A stretch of 64,000 nt of DNA from Vicugna vicugna (Eukaryota), in contig MU057416.1 in assembly GCA_013265495.1 (NCBI GenBank), positions 428,545 through 492,544 of the forward strand, written 5' to 3'. Positions 12,605 to 24,850 of this stretch are shown here, piece by piece; within the stretch, counting starts at the first letter, position 1; every line of letters starts with the position of its first letter. Below the pieces are notes generated by a model. The model saw only the letters and a list, made by a program, of their open reading frames with translations, was not told the DNA's origin and made no database searches. A program made the position numbers and the translations under genes.

Positions 12605-13230
12605 TGATAGATGTGGTTAACTAGTTACCCTACCCTCCTTCTGTGCATCTGCCTCATCTGCAGAGTATGGAAAGTTAAGGTACACTTCCCAGTCTCCCTT
12701 ACCGCCAAGATTAGCCACGCAAATTAGATTCCTCTGATTAGATGCACCCAGAGGCTGATGTCAACTTACTGACAATTTTGGCTGTTTCCTGTTGGCAAGG
12801 CATGGAGGTGCTGCTCAGCTCAGCTGTGTGCAACTTGAGGCACCCCAACAGGGGTCAGGACTTCGGGCACATCTGCTTCGTCTCTGCCTCCTTGCATGTT
12901 AATGGGAGTTTAGCAGCAAGGACCAGACAGCACGAGGTCTACGCAGGTGTGGGGGAGTGGGCCTCATTCTGGCCTCCCAACCCCGCATCCCAGCCAAGTC
13001 CTCGTGTCCTGTGTCATCAGACTCGGTGGCTATGGCCATAGCCTCCTGACTGCCCACCTTCCTGACTGAGAAGCGGCTCACCTGGTAAATCAGTGCCAGT
13101 CATCCTGGGAAGTCCGCCGCGGAACCCATCGCTCCTGTTAACACCTGCAACAGCTTTGAAAGAGACTTCTTTCTAAATCCCTGTCTCCACCAGAAGAACC
13201 CGAGGTAGCTCTGTTTCCTTCACTGAAATA
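12605..13230 (+). mobile_element. Solo ERVL-class LTR (LTR41/LTR16-like)
   Basis: acacttcccagtctccctt...aattagattcctctgattagatgcacc and terminal taaatccctgtctcc...gaggtagctctgtttccttcactgaa resemble recalled consensus. Confidence 0.55.
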
Positions 13231-13329
13231 GGCTCCTGTTCAAGCCCTGGGGGTGAGCAGGGCATTAAGAGGAATTAAACACTGTGAACCTGTTGACGGA
13301 GGAGATCTTTGGAATTACCCATTTTCCAT

Positions 13330-13800
13330 CATTAAATTTAGTTCAACACATCCATTTATGACGGGCTGCCAGGGAGAAATCTGGCTTAACTTAGCAGGCA
13401 GTGCCCGATTTCACAATTTATGAGATAACTCCTAGGCAAAATTAAGTGACTTGCAGCCGCGGTGAACAGTTCCCAGGACTGAGCTTAATGCCCTCATTTA
13501 TTACACACAAATTGAAGTAATTTATTTTGAAAAGCACTTTATTAGCAGAAAAAGGAAAAGAAGATTCATTTATGTAGGAAAACTCATAATAAAATTGTCA
13601 GGATCATTCTATGAAGAGAAACAAGCTACCTTCTTAAAGACACAAATATGTCCCTTCTTCTGGCTCAACTATTTGATATAATTGTGATTTATGGCATCTC
13701 AGTCGGACAGCCTAGGACTGTAGAATGTACCCTTTTCAGAGTTTGCCATAAATATTCAGACTGTTCTCAGGCCACATCCATTATCTTTTATTGCTATGTC
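13330..13800. promoter_or_regulatory. Candidate enhancer rich in HOX/CDX and PBX-HOX motifs
   Basis: No recognisable repeat. TTTATGA at 13355 and 13417, TTTATTA at 13497 and 13538, TAATAAAA at 13587, TGATTTATGG at 13685-13694, GCCATAAA at 13745, TTTTATTG at 13786. Confidence 0.4.
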
Positions 13801-14089
13801 TCAGAAAATATTGAAAGAACAGGAATCTGTGGCCTTCAGAAGTTAAGCTCAGTGTTTTCTCACATGAGAATTAAATGGAGAAGACACTTTCCAGGCCAGG
13901 AGAACAGATCCAGCCCCGTGCCTGGGAGATAGCAGGTGGTCCCTCGTTACCTGTCAAATGAATAATGACTGAGGAAGAAGATGCCAAACAAGACGAAATG
14001 TGTGGTTTGGAAAATCCCTGTGGGTGAGGCGCATCCCAGAGGCTTAAATGCAACACAACAGTCATTAAGTTCGCATGAGGACGGAAAGG

Positions 14090-14265
14090 ACCTATGTGGG
14101 CTTTGAAACCAGTTAGACCAGCTTAGGTTCCCAGATAAGTCTTCCATTTAATGTACTGCACTTGCAAATCATGCAAGATCTTCAAGTTTGAGTTTCCTCA
14201 TCTGTAAAACAGAGCTGGCAGCACATCCCTCGGATGCAGGGATAAGGGCTCCAGGACAGATGCTC
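14090..14265 (+). mobile_element. MIR SINE
   Basis: gggctttgaaaccagttagacc..aggttc..agtttcctcatctgtaaaacagag. Confidence 0.65.
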
Positions 14266-15782
14266 AAGAAGCAGTAGTTCTAAAGTATGACCCGGGCGTT
14301 TTATTAAACCCAGAAAACTGAAGTATTGCCTTTGCTTCTTCAAAAGGAGTAAAGCACAGTGTTTCTGGGAGGCCTGGAAAGCTCTTCAGGTGCTCCCTGC
14401 TCTGCCCAGGGACCCCCTTCTTCCACACAGGTCCTCCACCCCAACGGCTCCTTGAAAGAACGTTAAGTTCAGTATTCATGTGAGTTCTTTCTGCAGTTTA
14501 ATTCTCTGGCAGATGGGTTTTTCCTACCAATAGGAAAAGAAATCTTACTACATAAAAGCATTTCTGCTTTTAATGTTTCCACATTTGAACACTAGTTAAT
14601 GAAGGTTAAGTGTGTGTGCGTGTAAATACCTGCAGCAAGCATGTCCACCCACAAACATCACCGCGTACATTGCCCAGGTGAGCCCGTGACTCATCAGATG
14701 GGCGGCTTCCCTCAAGGACAATGAGGAGGGACCAGATGTGGCAACTGCGTGCTGAGGAGCAGCACAGGGAATGAGCAGGAGGCAGAGGAATGTGACTAAC
14801 TCTCACCCTGATTTTGAAACCAACTCTCCATTTTAGAGCTGTAGGTATATCCCTAAAGAACTACACAAAATTTAAGACATTTCTTGATTTACTAACTCTA
14901 CACATTCACACCAAGATTGTACCCAATTCTGAAATAAAGTATCTGTTTGCTGTTATGTCACCCAATGAACGGCATGGCCATGATGAAGGAAACATCGTTC
15001 CATGCTTGGCGTTCAACTCAAAAAGCAGAAGTATCTAGTACACACCTGGGAAACACAGCAGACTGGAGAAGAGCTCATTTGCTCCTATTTATTTTCCAAA
15101 AGCATGTATTAAAAATTAACTGCATATGTGAGTTATGTCTGCCGATTCTCACAGCCACCCACTTCCAAGGACATCCGGGTGTTTCTGGAATCTAAATTTT
15201 AAAATACCAGTAGCTATTTAAAAGTAACTTGAAGAAATTTTGCTGACAGCATCATCGCATTTGGCACAGGACACAGTAACCAATGAGAGAAGAAATAAAA
15301 TTCACCCAGGACCCACGGTGCTAAATGGGTTTTTTAAATGAACTATTAAAAAGCTATAAGGAACTATTAATACATATGTTCCTGATACCTACGAAATTTG
15401 GAAGAAGTGAAATCAGCAACTGAATTGATAATTGCGGTGTACCTGCCGTGCCTTGCCAAAGCTGTTGATACAGAGCTTTACTGCGGTGTAAATACATGGT
15501 ACAGTTTGGAATGATGGTCCCAGGAGGCAGTGCTGGGAATAATTAGCAAACTCAACAGAGCAAACTGAGTTACACTTCTGCAGAGAACTCAGGAAGGCAG
15601 AAGCAATGCAAAGACATTCATCACCCCAAGAATGGTCAAAATCTAACTCACATAAACCATGTATTTCACTGCAAGTGATAAAACAAGAAAGAACACGTGG
15701 GGAGGTAGTGGTTGTACTGGCGATCCGGGGCAGCCAAGCTGCATGAGAAAAAATGAATGGAATCGCAAAGTGATGAAAACAA

Positions 15783-15944
15783 GTACTTTCAGAGGACCAG
15801 ATTCATGGCATCGAAAGCTCAAGGCCTATCAGTGACGTACTTTCAGAGGACCAGATTCATGGCATCGAAAGCTCAAGGCCTATCAGTGACGTACTTTCAG
15901 AGGACCAGATTCATGGCATCGAAAGCTCAAGGCCTATCAGTGAC
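15783..15944. repeat. Perfect tandem repeat, 3 x 54 bp
   Basis: GTACTTTCAGAGGACCAGATTCATGGCATCGAAAGCTCAAGGCCTATCAGTGAC at 15783-15836, 15837-15890 and 15891-15944, all identical. Confidence 0.97.
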
Positions 15945-16478
15945 TTAGGCTGTTCCCAGTGAGATGTGAATTACCAGACGATTCACAGCCTTTCCAAGTG
16001 CTGGCGCGCCCTAGCCAAGCAAGAGAAAATTCTGTGCAATGATCAGGACGCTGTGGACCTGATCCAAGAGCAGACAAGACGCAGAGGGTTACAAACAAGT
16101 GAGAATGCCATGCTACAGTGAGAGGCCCCACCTTGCGTTGACGATCAGAGGAGTCCTCAGAATGAGAGAGATGACTCATCTCTCGACTTCAGGAGAGTAG
16201 AACGAGTATTGATAGACTAGTATTCTCTTTGTTAAAAATTCTACATTTATTCATTCATTCATTTTAACATGTGGTCGCCTTTCTCGTTCTTTTATTGAGA
16301 CAGCAGAGGCAGATCTGCCTGGTCCAGTTATGAAACAGGAGTAGCCGAGGAATAAAGAAACAGGAGGTGGGGACGGGGGTGGTTCTGCTCCAAGACGCCT
16401 GTGGGTCCCTCCACTCACCTTTCTCTTTACAGTCAAGTAGAAATATTGATAAAACTCAGAATGCCCACTAGTATGTGT

Positions 16479-16479
16479 C

Positions 16480-16535
<56 letters not shown>

Positions 16536-16730
16536 NNNNNNNNNNNNNNNNNNNNNNNNNNNNNNNNNNNNNNNNNNNNNNNNNNNNNNNNNNNNNNNNN
16601 NNNNNNNNNNNNNNNNNNNNNNNNNNNNNNNNNNNNNNNNNNNNNNNNNNNNNNNNNNNNNNNNNNNNNNNNNNNNNNNNNNNNNNNNNNNNNNNNNNNN
16701 NNNNNACATACATACACACACACACACACA
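16479..16730. repeat. (TA)n...(CA)n compound microsatellite spanning a 170-N assembly gap (16536-16705)
   Basis: Directly visible. Confidence 0.95.
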
Positions 16731-17549
16731 GAGGAAACCACTGTGGGAACATCAGAAGCATTTTGCATCAAAGATCAGCTACCTGGACGTTCATAGTAAC
16801 ATCTATCCTATGTTATACGTTAATGTCGACAATCCGTGCCTTTCCCAACCGTAGGGAAATAGAAGAAGGAAAACCAGTTTACCAGTTAGGAAAAATATTT
16901 TTATTCCAAGTTTTTAATATTTTCTGTGATTAAAACACAAAATGATCAAAAGTGGCAGTTTCATAATAATGTTCGTGAATGTGAGAGTGATAAGCTATAA
17001 TATATTGCTTTTTAAAAGACCACCATTTAGTCCTCCATTTTCTCTTTTTATGCAGATGCAACGTCACACAGATGCAAACTTTGTGTCGCAGCTGTGTTAT
17101 TAGCTGTGCTGATGTAAACCATGGCCCCTGGAAATCCTGACCTTCCCTCCTTCTCTTTATCAATAGAAGGAACAGCGTTAGAACACAAGAGATCATCTGG
17201 AAAGAAACAGAAGATGTTCATACAAGTCATTTTCTTCTTTTCCGTTTTATCCAGTATCTAACAGAAGGTCTTCACGTTCTCATTTGTCCGGAAAGCAGTG
17301 AGATAAAGAATGTCCACTTGGAAACCGCTGTAAATTATTGCACAGTATTATAGCGTGATAATTCTTTTTATGTTTCTCTTGTTTTATTTCTATGTAATAA
17401 CTTTCCCACCAGGATATATCATCACCTCTGCCCCAAAATTTATTAGGAAAAGATCCTCTAAGTTTCCTTGATCAGATTTAAAACTTTATCAGTACTTCTA
17501 TACCCTTTAAGTTTTATACCCCAGAACAGTAAAATTACCAGACTATTGA

Positions 17550-17715
17550 GAATATATACTTATAAGTTGACATTATATATAATTATACATATATATTTAT
17601 ATATTGTATATATAAATGATGTCACTGTTTATATTTAATTTATATAAACAATTATATGCATATATGTTTATACACAATAATGTTATTAGTTATATATAAT
17701 GCATAATATAATACA
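17550..17715. repeat. TA-rich low-complexity tract
   Basis: Degenerate (TA)n. Confidence 0.75.
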
Positions 17716-17789
17716 GAATTGCACCACACGTAATTAACACTAACGTGTATGTTGGTATCATACCTCTACCTTGTGAGGAAGCACGTGCG

Positions 17790-18400
17790 CCCTCTCAAAG
17801 AACCCCGGCGACCTTGACGCTCGCAGTGTGTCGCGTGCCACCGTCCCCAGTAGACGTGCGGAGCGGGTTAAGGGAAACACACCAGTAGAAAAACAAATGT
17901 GAGATTTCTCTCTTTCAGTTTCCTTTCCAGGTTAGTCCCTACTGAACCAAAGGGGGAAAGACTGAAAGACGAAACGGCCTCCCTCTGACCCTGTTGCTCT
18001 CACGGCGGGCGGGAGCCTGAACTCTTCTCCCTTGGGAAGACGCGCGATGCGCGTGGAAGTCTAGCTGCGCGGAGCTCCTCCTCTGGTTCTAAGGTGTGCA
18101 CTGCCACCTGCTCACTGAGCGCGCTGAGGTGGGTCATCCTGGGCTCACGTGCAAAAGAGGCGCGCTCCCTGCATCGAATCGCCGGTCCTGGAACAACCGG
18201 CCACGCCCCGCGCCGGCTGGAGGGGCGGGCGGGCGGGAGGAAGACGGCGAACAGGGCCGAGCCAGCGCTGCCCCTCCCGGGGCAAGAGGGAAGGAGCTGA
18301 GTGATGCCTGTTGTCCCCGCATTGGAAGACAAGGAAGCAGCCGTGCCAGTCCGCTCTCCCACTTCATTCCCGAAGGGAACGATCAGCCCGTGGGGTTATT
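17790..18400. promoter_or_regulatory. CpG-island-like region with GC boxes and no associated CDS
   Basis: Dense CpG. GGGGCGGGCGGGCGGG at 18222-18237. CTCF-like ctgccacctgct near 18101-18112. Confidence 0.55.
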
Positions 18401-19430
18401 TTCTTTGGCGGATGGTGATTTTGCAGAAAGCATTAATGATTCTCGTTGTTTGCTTAAACGCATGTACCACGAGATTCCACCGTCCTACGCATCATAAAAC
18501 TTTATAATTCTTGCTCAGTATGAAAATGTGAAAAGCACTAAATTTTACTTCCCATCCGATCCCCTAACATTTCAAACATTAAGATCATCATTTAATCAGA
18601 ACCAGTGAGCTAGAATTAAGTGGGGGCGGGGTAGGTATCCTGTTAAGCTATCAGAATAATTGTTGAAATGTTAAAACATTTGTCGTTAACGCGCCTTGAA
18701 AGGGTGAAAAAAATCACACTTAATAAAAAACAGAAGAAGCATTTGTAAAATTTGACAATTTTCAGGATACAAATAGACTTTTGAGCATGCGTTAAAATTA
18801 TATTGATATGCATTATATGATTAGTATAGATTATAAGGTGTTCACTGATAATAATCACCACAATAGCATTTAATTAATAGACTGACTTTATTCATATTAG
18901 TTATACTGAAAGTAAGAATAAACTTGAACCCAGTCACTGGCTTCTTTGAGAAGAATGTGTAGGTGATGAAATAGAGGACGCATGGTCCCTATGACTGGAC
19001 CAGACTGACCCTGTATGGTTACGTTTGTGTCATTAGAACAGCTAGTTAATGAGCAGTTAACCACTGCTATTTGGTCACCATATGGCCAAACCAATTTCAT
19101 GATTTCAAATGACCCAAATTATGTGAAAAGGCATTCTTATTCTTCCTTTGGTTAATCTATTAAAATCTACCTACAAATTTGACCAACAGTGCAATCAGCT
19201 CAATCTTAAATTTCAGATAGTGCATAATATCTATTTCTTATAAGGAAATATTCGATCTAAACGATACCCGTGCCCATCCCATCTGAGAGCATCGTACAGC
19301 GCTGCACCCCGCACGAGTGCCAGCTTTGTGTCTGTCTGCACTGGGACTGAGGGGCCTCCAAGTAAAAGCAGATGCTTAAAATATGTGGAAGTCTACATCC
19401 AAAACACAATTTTCCATAGCTTCAAAATGA

Positions 19431-19584
19431 ATACAGCACAGGGAACTCTATTCGGTGTCTTGTAATAACCTTTAATGAAAAAGAACATGAAAACAAATAC
19501 ATATATGTACATGCACGACTGAGACACGATGCTGTACACCAGAAACTGACACATTGGAACTGACTGTACCTTAGTAAAAAAAAA
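19431..19584 (+). mobile_element. Camelid-type L1 3' end
   Basis: atacagcacagggaactctattc...gctgtacaccagaaactgacacattggaactgactgtacc followed by poly-A. Confidence 0.88.
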
Positions 19585-21254
19585 TTCTAAAATTTCTAAA
19601 ACAAAAACCAAAAAACGACCAGGACTCTCTGTAGCGAGAACCACGGGCAGCGGGAGATTCGGAACACCTCTCTCTAGGCACCATTCTCACCCCGCACGTC
19701 TCTTTAATCTCGCCTGTGTCCATCAGCCTGGACGCCATGTGGGCGATTCAGCTGAGACTCAGACCCCAGATTTTCACAATCAGTGCACATATATGGTATT
19801 TTGGCTACATATATTTCTGACCATCTGTCAGACATGGCAAAAGGCCCAATTCAAAGTTGCCAGACCCTAGCAAGTACGAGTCAGATGGTGATGGGTTTTA
19901 AGGGATGTTTTACATAAAAAATAGCGCTTGTCATTTAAGGGCTCCTGGCATTCAATGAAAAGGTAAGGAGTATTACATCTCTGGTAGCAAACTGAGCCAT
20001 GTCTAGATAACACCCCCTCCTCAGCGACGGGGGAAGCAAATGGAAATACATGGAAACAATGGCTGAAAGCACCACTTCTAAGGTTTTGTTTGGTCGTTGA
20101 CTCCTCTAGATAGCTAAGTGTCTCCCTGTCCCGCGGGGAGCCTCCTCAGCCGGCCTGAACTGGACTTGGGGGTGGGATTTGCACAGGGGCACCGACTTGG
20201 GGCGGAGTCTGCAAGAGAAGGTCCAGTGACCTGGAAACCCAGCCCCCGGACCCTGACTCCTCCCTGCCTTCATATGAGGTGCTTTCAGCACATCCCCTAA
20301 GCCCGCCCTCCAAGTCTTGTTTCCTTTAGCTTTCAAATGAGGCAGTTGAACTTAACCGCCAGAAACATCTTTTTAGCAGTAATAGTTTATGATTCTAGGA
20401 CGCAGAGAGCACTCTCCCCCTTCTCAGTGCCCACATCAAAGACCCTCTCCGCGTCTGTATGGAAACCCCTTCTCCTCTGGCTCAATCAGGATTATTTCCT
20501 CACTGGCGTACCCAGAGCACTTCGTACGTCTGTTAGAGAACCCAGTACTTCCCGGGGTGAACTCATGTGCGTTCTGATCCGTCCCTGCTGAATGTACCAT
20601 GAGCTCTTCAAGAACAGACGCCAATGCTTTTTCATCCCGTGTTTTCATACGGTGCTTGGTGTGTGCCGTGTACCAGATAGATACTTACTACAGTAAGTGC
20701 AGGTGAGCACAAGTGGGTGAGACATGAAAACAAAAGTAAATAACTTTAGAAAAATAAAAGAAAAACACATGACACGCACTATACATTTTTTTTCAAGTTC
20801 TGACACTCTGCCCTTGTACACAGGGAACACGTCTGTGCTGTGATAAAATGTACTGCGTTTTCATTTATGCATTGATGATAGCTCCTAAAACGTGTCGCTG
20901 CCAACACTGTGATTAGGTGAGAATTCTCACGTTGTTTTAGAAGCTGTAACTGGTTATTGCTCTCTTCATAGCGTTTCTATCCAACTGTCTTCTTTCTAGG
21001 CCTCATGGAACCTTGACGGGGTTCTACTTCTGGAAAATCTTGCGGGTTTCTCTGACCTGCTGTCGGCCCCGTTGTCTCAAGGATGCCATTTGGCCAGCAT
21101 CCCTGCATTCACTCTCATCGCCTGCGTGGCAGCTGGAGCGGAGGGCCCCCGAGAGGCATCAGGTGACCCAGCCGGCCTCCCCTGCAGGTACCTACACGTC
21201 TACTCTGGAATGGCGTCTCCTTTATCAAACGTCCCTGATGACAGTAACTCCTAA

Positions 21255-21335
21255 GATTCCATGACATGCGTAAAGGCAGTAAGTGGCAGAGGCGGGATCT
21301 GAACCCAGGTCATGCCTCTCTGACGTCACACTTAT
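21255..21335 (-). mobile_element. MIR fragment
   Basis: cagtaagtggcagaggcgggatctgaacccaggtc. Confidence 0.65.
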
Positions 21336-22854
21336 TTCTACTGGTCGTTCTTTCGAACATTTGATCTGTTGACAACTGTCTGTGAGGTTGGAAACGAGCT
21401 CCTGGGGGGTAGTGTGCAAGCTGACTCTCTGGGTGCCTGGTAGCCCCCAGGTTCAAGGCGGGGATGGGGAGGACCCAGGTCCGTGTACATCGCCCTCGGG
21501 GACTAAGCCCCTGCGAGCCGGTTGTGTGAAAGGCCTTGTGGGATTCACACGAGCAGCTCAGGAGGTGAGATCCAAGAACAGCACTACTTGTTGGATAATA
21601 TAATAAAACTTGAATACTTCTAAATTATTTTCTTGAAGAATATCATTATTACATGCTTTCATGTCCTGAATGAACATGTCATACAATGACCGCACAAGCC
21701 TTTCTCCGCATTATGTGCCACGGAAGGTGGGCGGGACACGTTGAATATTCAGCACTAACGGGCCTATGATGCAAAGTGGTGATTTTGCTTGAAGCCGTGT
21801 TTTCTTTAGAGTTCTTCCTTCTTTAAATAAATTCACTTATCCGCATGCTGGCCATGATCCATTTTATTTTTACCTTACTTTCTTAAATGGCGACAAGAGA
21901 ATTATGAGGTTCGAATTATAAAAAGCCTTATCTTTCTAGTCTCCCCCAGTTTTTCTAAACGGACATAATCTATCACCATATAGAGTTTGGGGGGGTTATA
22001 AGAAAATATGAATCTAATTTGATCTTGGCTCAACATCTGAAATAAAATGTGGGAAAACCATAAGTATGCAGTGTAAGCTAGGACCCGAACTTTAGTTAAA
22101 ATCTTCGGGTGTCTGAGACGGAGTTATCAGACCTGCAGGGAAGCAGACCTGATTTAATCTGAACAATTTCAGTTTAAATGGATTGTTGTAGAAAAAAATT
22201 AAAGAAGGAAAAAAATGGAAAAGACTATTAAATACCATTTCAGAAACTTCACTTCTCCTGGAAGGAAGACAATCCCTTGTCTCTCTTACCATGCAGTTAA
22301 CATCATGACATGGCGTAGCTATTTATTAAGGAAAAAATATGCCTCCTGGCCTGTGGCATATAATTTTCCAGATAAAATGGAATGTGGGCTATAGGCCAAT
22401 GAATTCATTTATTTCCTAAAATGGTAACATCCTAGAATCTCAGCAATGTAACTCCAGGTTACTTCCCAACACGGGCCACGTTCAGAATCACTTAGAAGAA
22501 ACACTTCTTCCATTCTTCTGTGAGAAAACCTGTTAGGGCTCTTGGCACAAAACTATTGTTTAGCACAGGCAAGTGCACACCGGAACTGACCTTTCAATGG
22601 ATATTAATATTTTTATTATGCAAATAGTAAAAGAAATTCAGCCAGGATTCCTTCTTTTAATAAATCATGCAAAAGCAAATTACATCTAAGTGTATCTGAG
22701 TGTCTCCAAAGGGATCATGAATCATGTAGCTCAACAAAGCGTGCGTGCAAACAGGTCCGAGGCGTTTCAGAAGCCTGCGGAGGGATGTTTAGGGTTTGGC
22801 TAAAAATGGATCTCTACGAAGCTCTTGTATTCTTTGCCCAGTTTTTTCAAACAA

Positions 22855-23058
22855 TCTTTCTTTTTCTTTTCTCTCTCTCTTTCTCCTTTCTTCCTTCCTT
22901 CTTTCTTTCCTTTCTTCCTTTCTTTTCCTTTCTTCCTTCCTTCCTCTTTCTTTCTTTCTTTTTTCTCTTTCCTTCCTTCTTTCTTCTTCTTCCTTCCTTC
23001 CTTCCTTCCTTCCTTCCTTCCTTCCTTCCTTCCTTCCTTCCTCTCTTTCTTCCTTTTC
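22855..23058. repeat. Pure pyrimidine (CTTT/CCTT)n tract, about 204 bp
   Basis: Directly visible, no purines on the + strand. Confidence 0.95.
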
Positions 23059-23224
23059 AAGAGATTTAGTCACCATGAGCCTGATTAATTGACCTTCCTT
23101 TCATCAGAATTCTATTTTGCAAGAGTTAGATAGCCCATATCCAGTTGTCTCTTCTGGACCTTTTCCTTCACATGGGGAAATGCGTGTCTTGCCGAGAGCA
23201 AATGGAAATTGAATAGCAAGAATC

Positions 23225-24850
23225 TGCGGGCCTAGCATGTGACTCCGCGAGTTCCAAAGGCGCAGAAATAAAACGCAGGTGTGGGCTGAGCCCCGCTCTC
23301 GCTCCCGCTCCCAGTGCGCCGTGTGGGGCGTGGTCTTCTCCACAGATCGGACTCGGCAGCACCCAAAGAGCCTTCGCCACGGGCCGCACGCCGCGCCAGG
23401 CCCTTCGCACCTGCGCGCCCCTTCCGTTCCCCGCCGCGCCTGGGACGAGGCCACCGCGACCTGGCCATTTCGCCGACCAGGAGGCGTTCGCGGGGGGCCG
23501 TCGGCCCTCCGGTGGCAGAGCGGCCCGGGAGCCGTGCTCATCGGCTCCGCTTCGGCTCCGCGCCGGCTCGGGGCTGCGGGTCGGACCGGGGAGGCCGGGT
23601 TTGCTTCTGCGGCGAAGGCGCGGCAGCGGAGGGCGCTCGTCTGAGCAGAGCCACGCCCGCGGGCGGACGGTGACCCCGGGCGAGCACGGAGCGCCGCTCC
23701 GGTAACGTCAGCGCCTCGCTTAGCGCCTTGCTCCGCGGCCCCTGCTGTCAGCACAGGCTTTTACTTTGCTTTCCATAATCTGGCATGTGTCACAGACATC
23801 CCAATTTATGACCAATTTGTCCCATTTGAGGAATCTAGACAACTGTAGGACTGTCCTCTGAGCTTAGGAATGTTCCACCGACAGGATATTTAAGGCCGGT
23901 GAACTATTTGCCACCTGCCTGGTTTGAGCCAACTTGTCCAACTTGGCCAAACTGACGTCCTTCACTGCCGCATGGGGGCGAGGAGCACCGACATCGGCAG
24001 CTCGCTTGGGGCTCAAAGAAGAGAGGAAAGAACTTCAAACGCCAAACGCCTGCCGTGCTGGTCGCGGGAGGAGCCTGCGGGAAGGGAGGACGTCTGCAGG
24101 GGGCCGCCAGCCGGGGCAGGAGCGCGGCGGAGCGGCGTGAGGTCTCCCGTCGGTGCTGCGGGACGAGCTCGCCTCCAGGTCCCGAGCGGAGACGGCAGTT
24201 CCATAAGGCGGGGCTTCGTGGGTCTCGTAGGGGGCGACGGCCTGCTTTAGAACATTGCTTTAGAACAGGAGGAGCCGTGGGGACCCCAGACCCTTTGGGA
24301 CCCTCAGTGCTAAGCAGCCTGAGGAGACGGGGGGTGTCACACCCTCGGAAGGGATGTCGGATTTCCCCATGGTGGGGCAGACAGTGGTGGTAACGGGAGA
24401 CCCCACCTTCCAGGGACGTGTGAGGGCCAGTGAGAAATGTGGAGGAAGGGCGGGCAAGGACTCAGGGACGTATGAGGACTGGGCAAAGAACAGGCAGACC
24501 CTCCTCTGAGTCTTCTAGAAATATCCAGCTGAAACTTTGAGGAAAGCACGCTGAGAATTCTACTTCTTGTAAATAAATATACATACGTCCCTATTGGACT
24601 GCGGCCCTGCTAGTATCTGCCTCGAGGCTAGTAAAGCAGACGAGGTCTCTGTTGTATCGCTGGAACCTGGAACCACACTGCAGGGTCCCCACAGGGGGTC
24701 CTCATGTATGAGCAGCCCGAGTTCGGCCCGGCGTGAAAGACCCGCTCACTCCCCGGCCCGGCCGGACCGGCTTCACACAGGGACCCGGCCCGCTCGCGCC
24801 CGCAGCAAAGCCCCCCGCGCCCAGCGCCGCGCGGGCCGGGCCCATCTGGG
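23225..24850. promoter_or_regulatory. Tripartite CpG island (about 23225-23745, 23960-24250, 24700-24850), orphan promoter or enhancer
   Basis: Very high GC and CpG with no recognisable repeat. GGGGCGTGG near 23325, TAACGTCA at 23703, TGACGTC at 23953. No recognisable CDS. Confidence 0.75.

Noticed and set aside
15757..15948. 63-aa ORF with three 18-aa repeats, or a CRISPR-like array
   Set aside because: The frame is kept only because 54 is divisible by 3, and the start context is weak. Repeats are head-to-tail with no spacers in a mammalian context, so it is not CRISPR.
16251..16933. ORFs of 97-158 aa
   Set aside because: Artefacts of reading through (TA)n and the N gap.
22785..23092. Phe/Leu/Ser-rich and Lys/Glu/Arg-rich ORFs
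   Set aside because: Translations of the CTTT/CCTT microsatellite.
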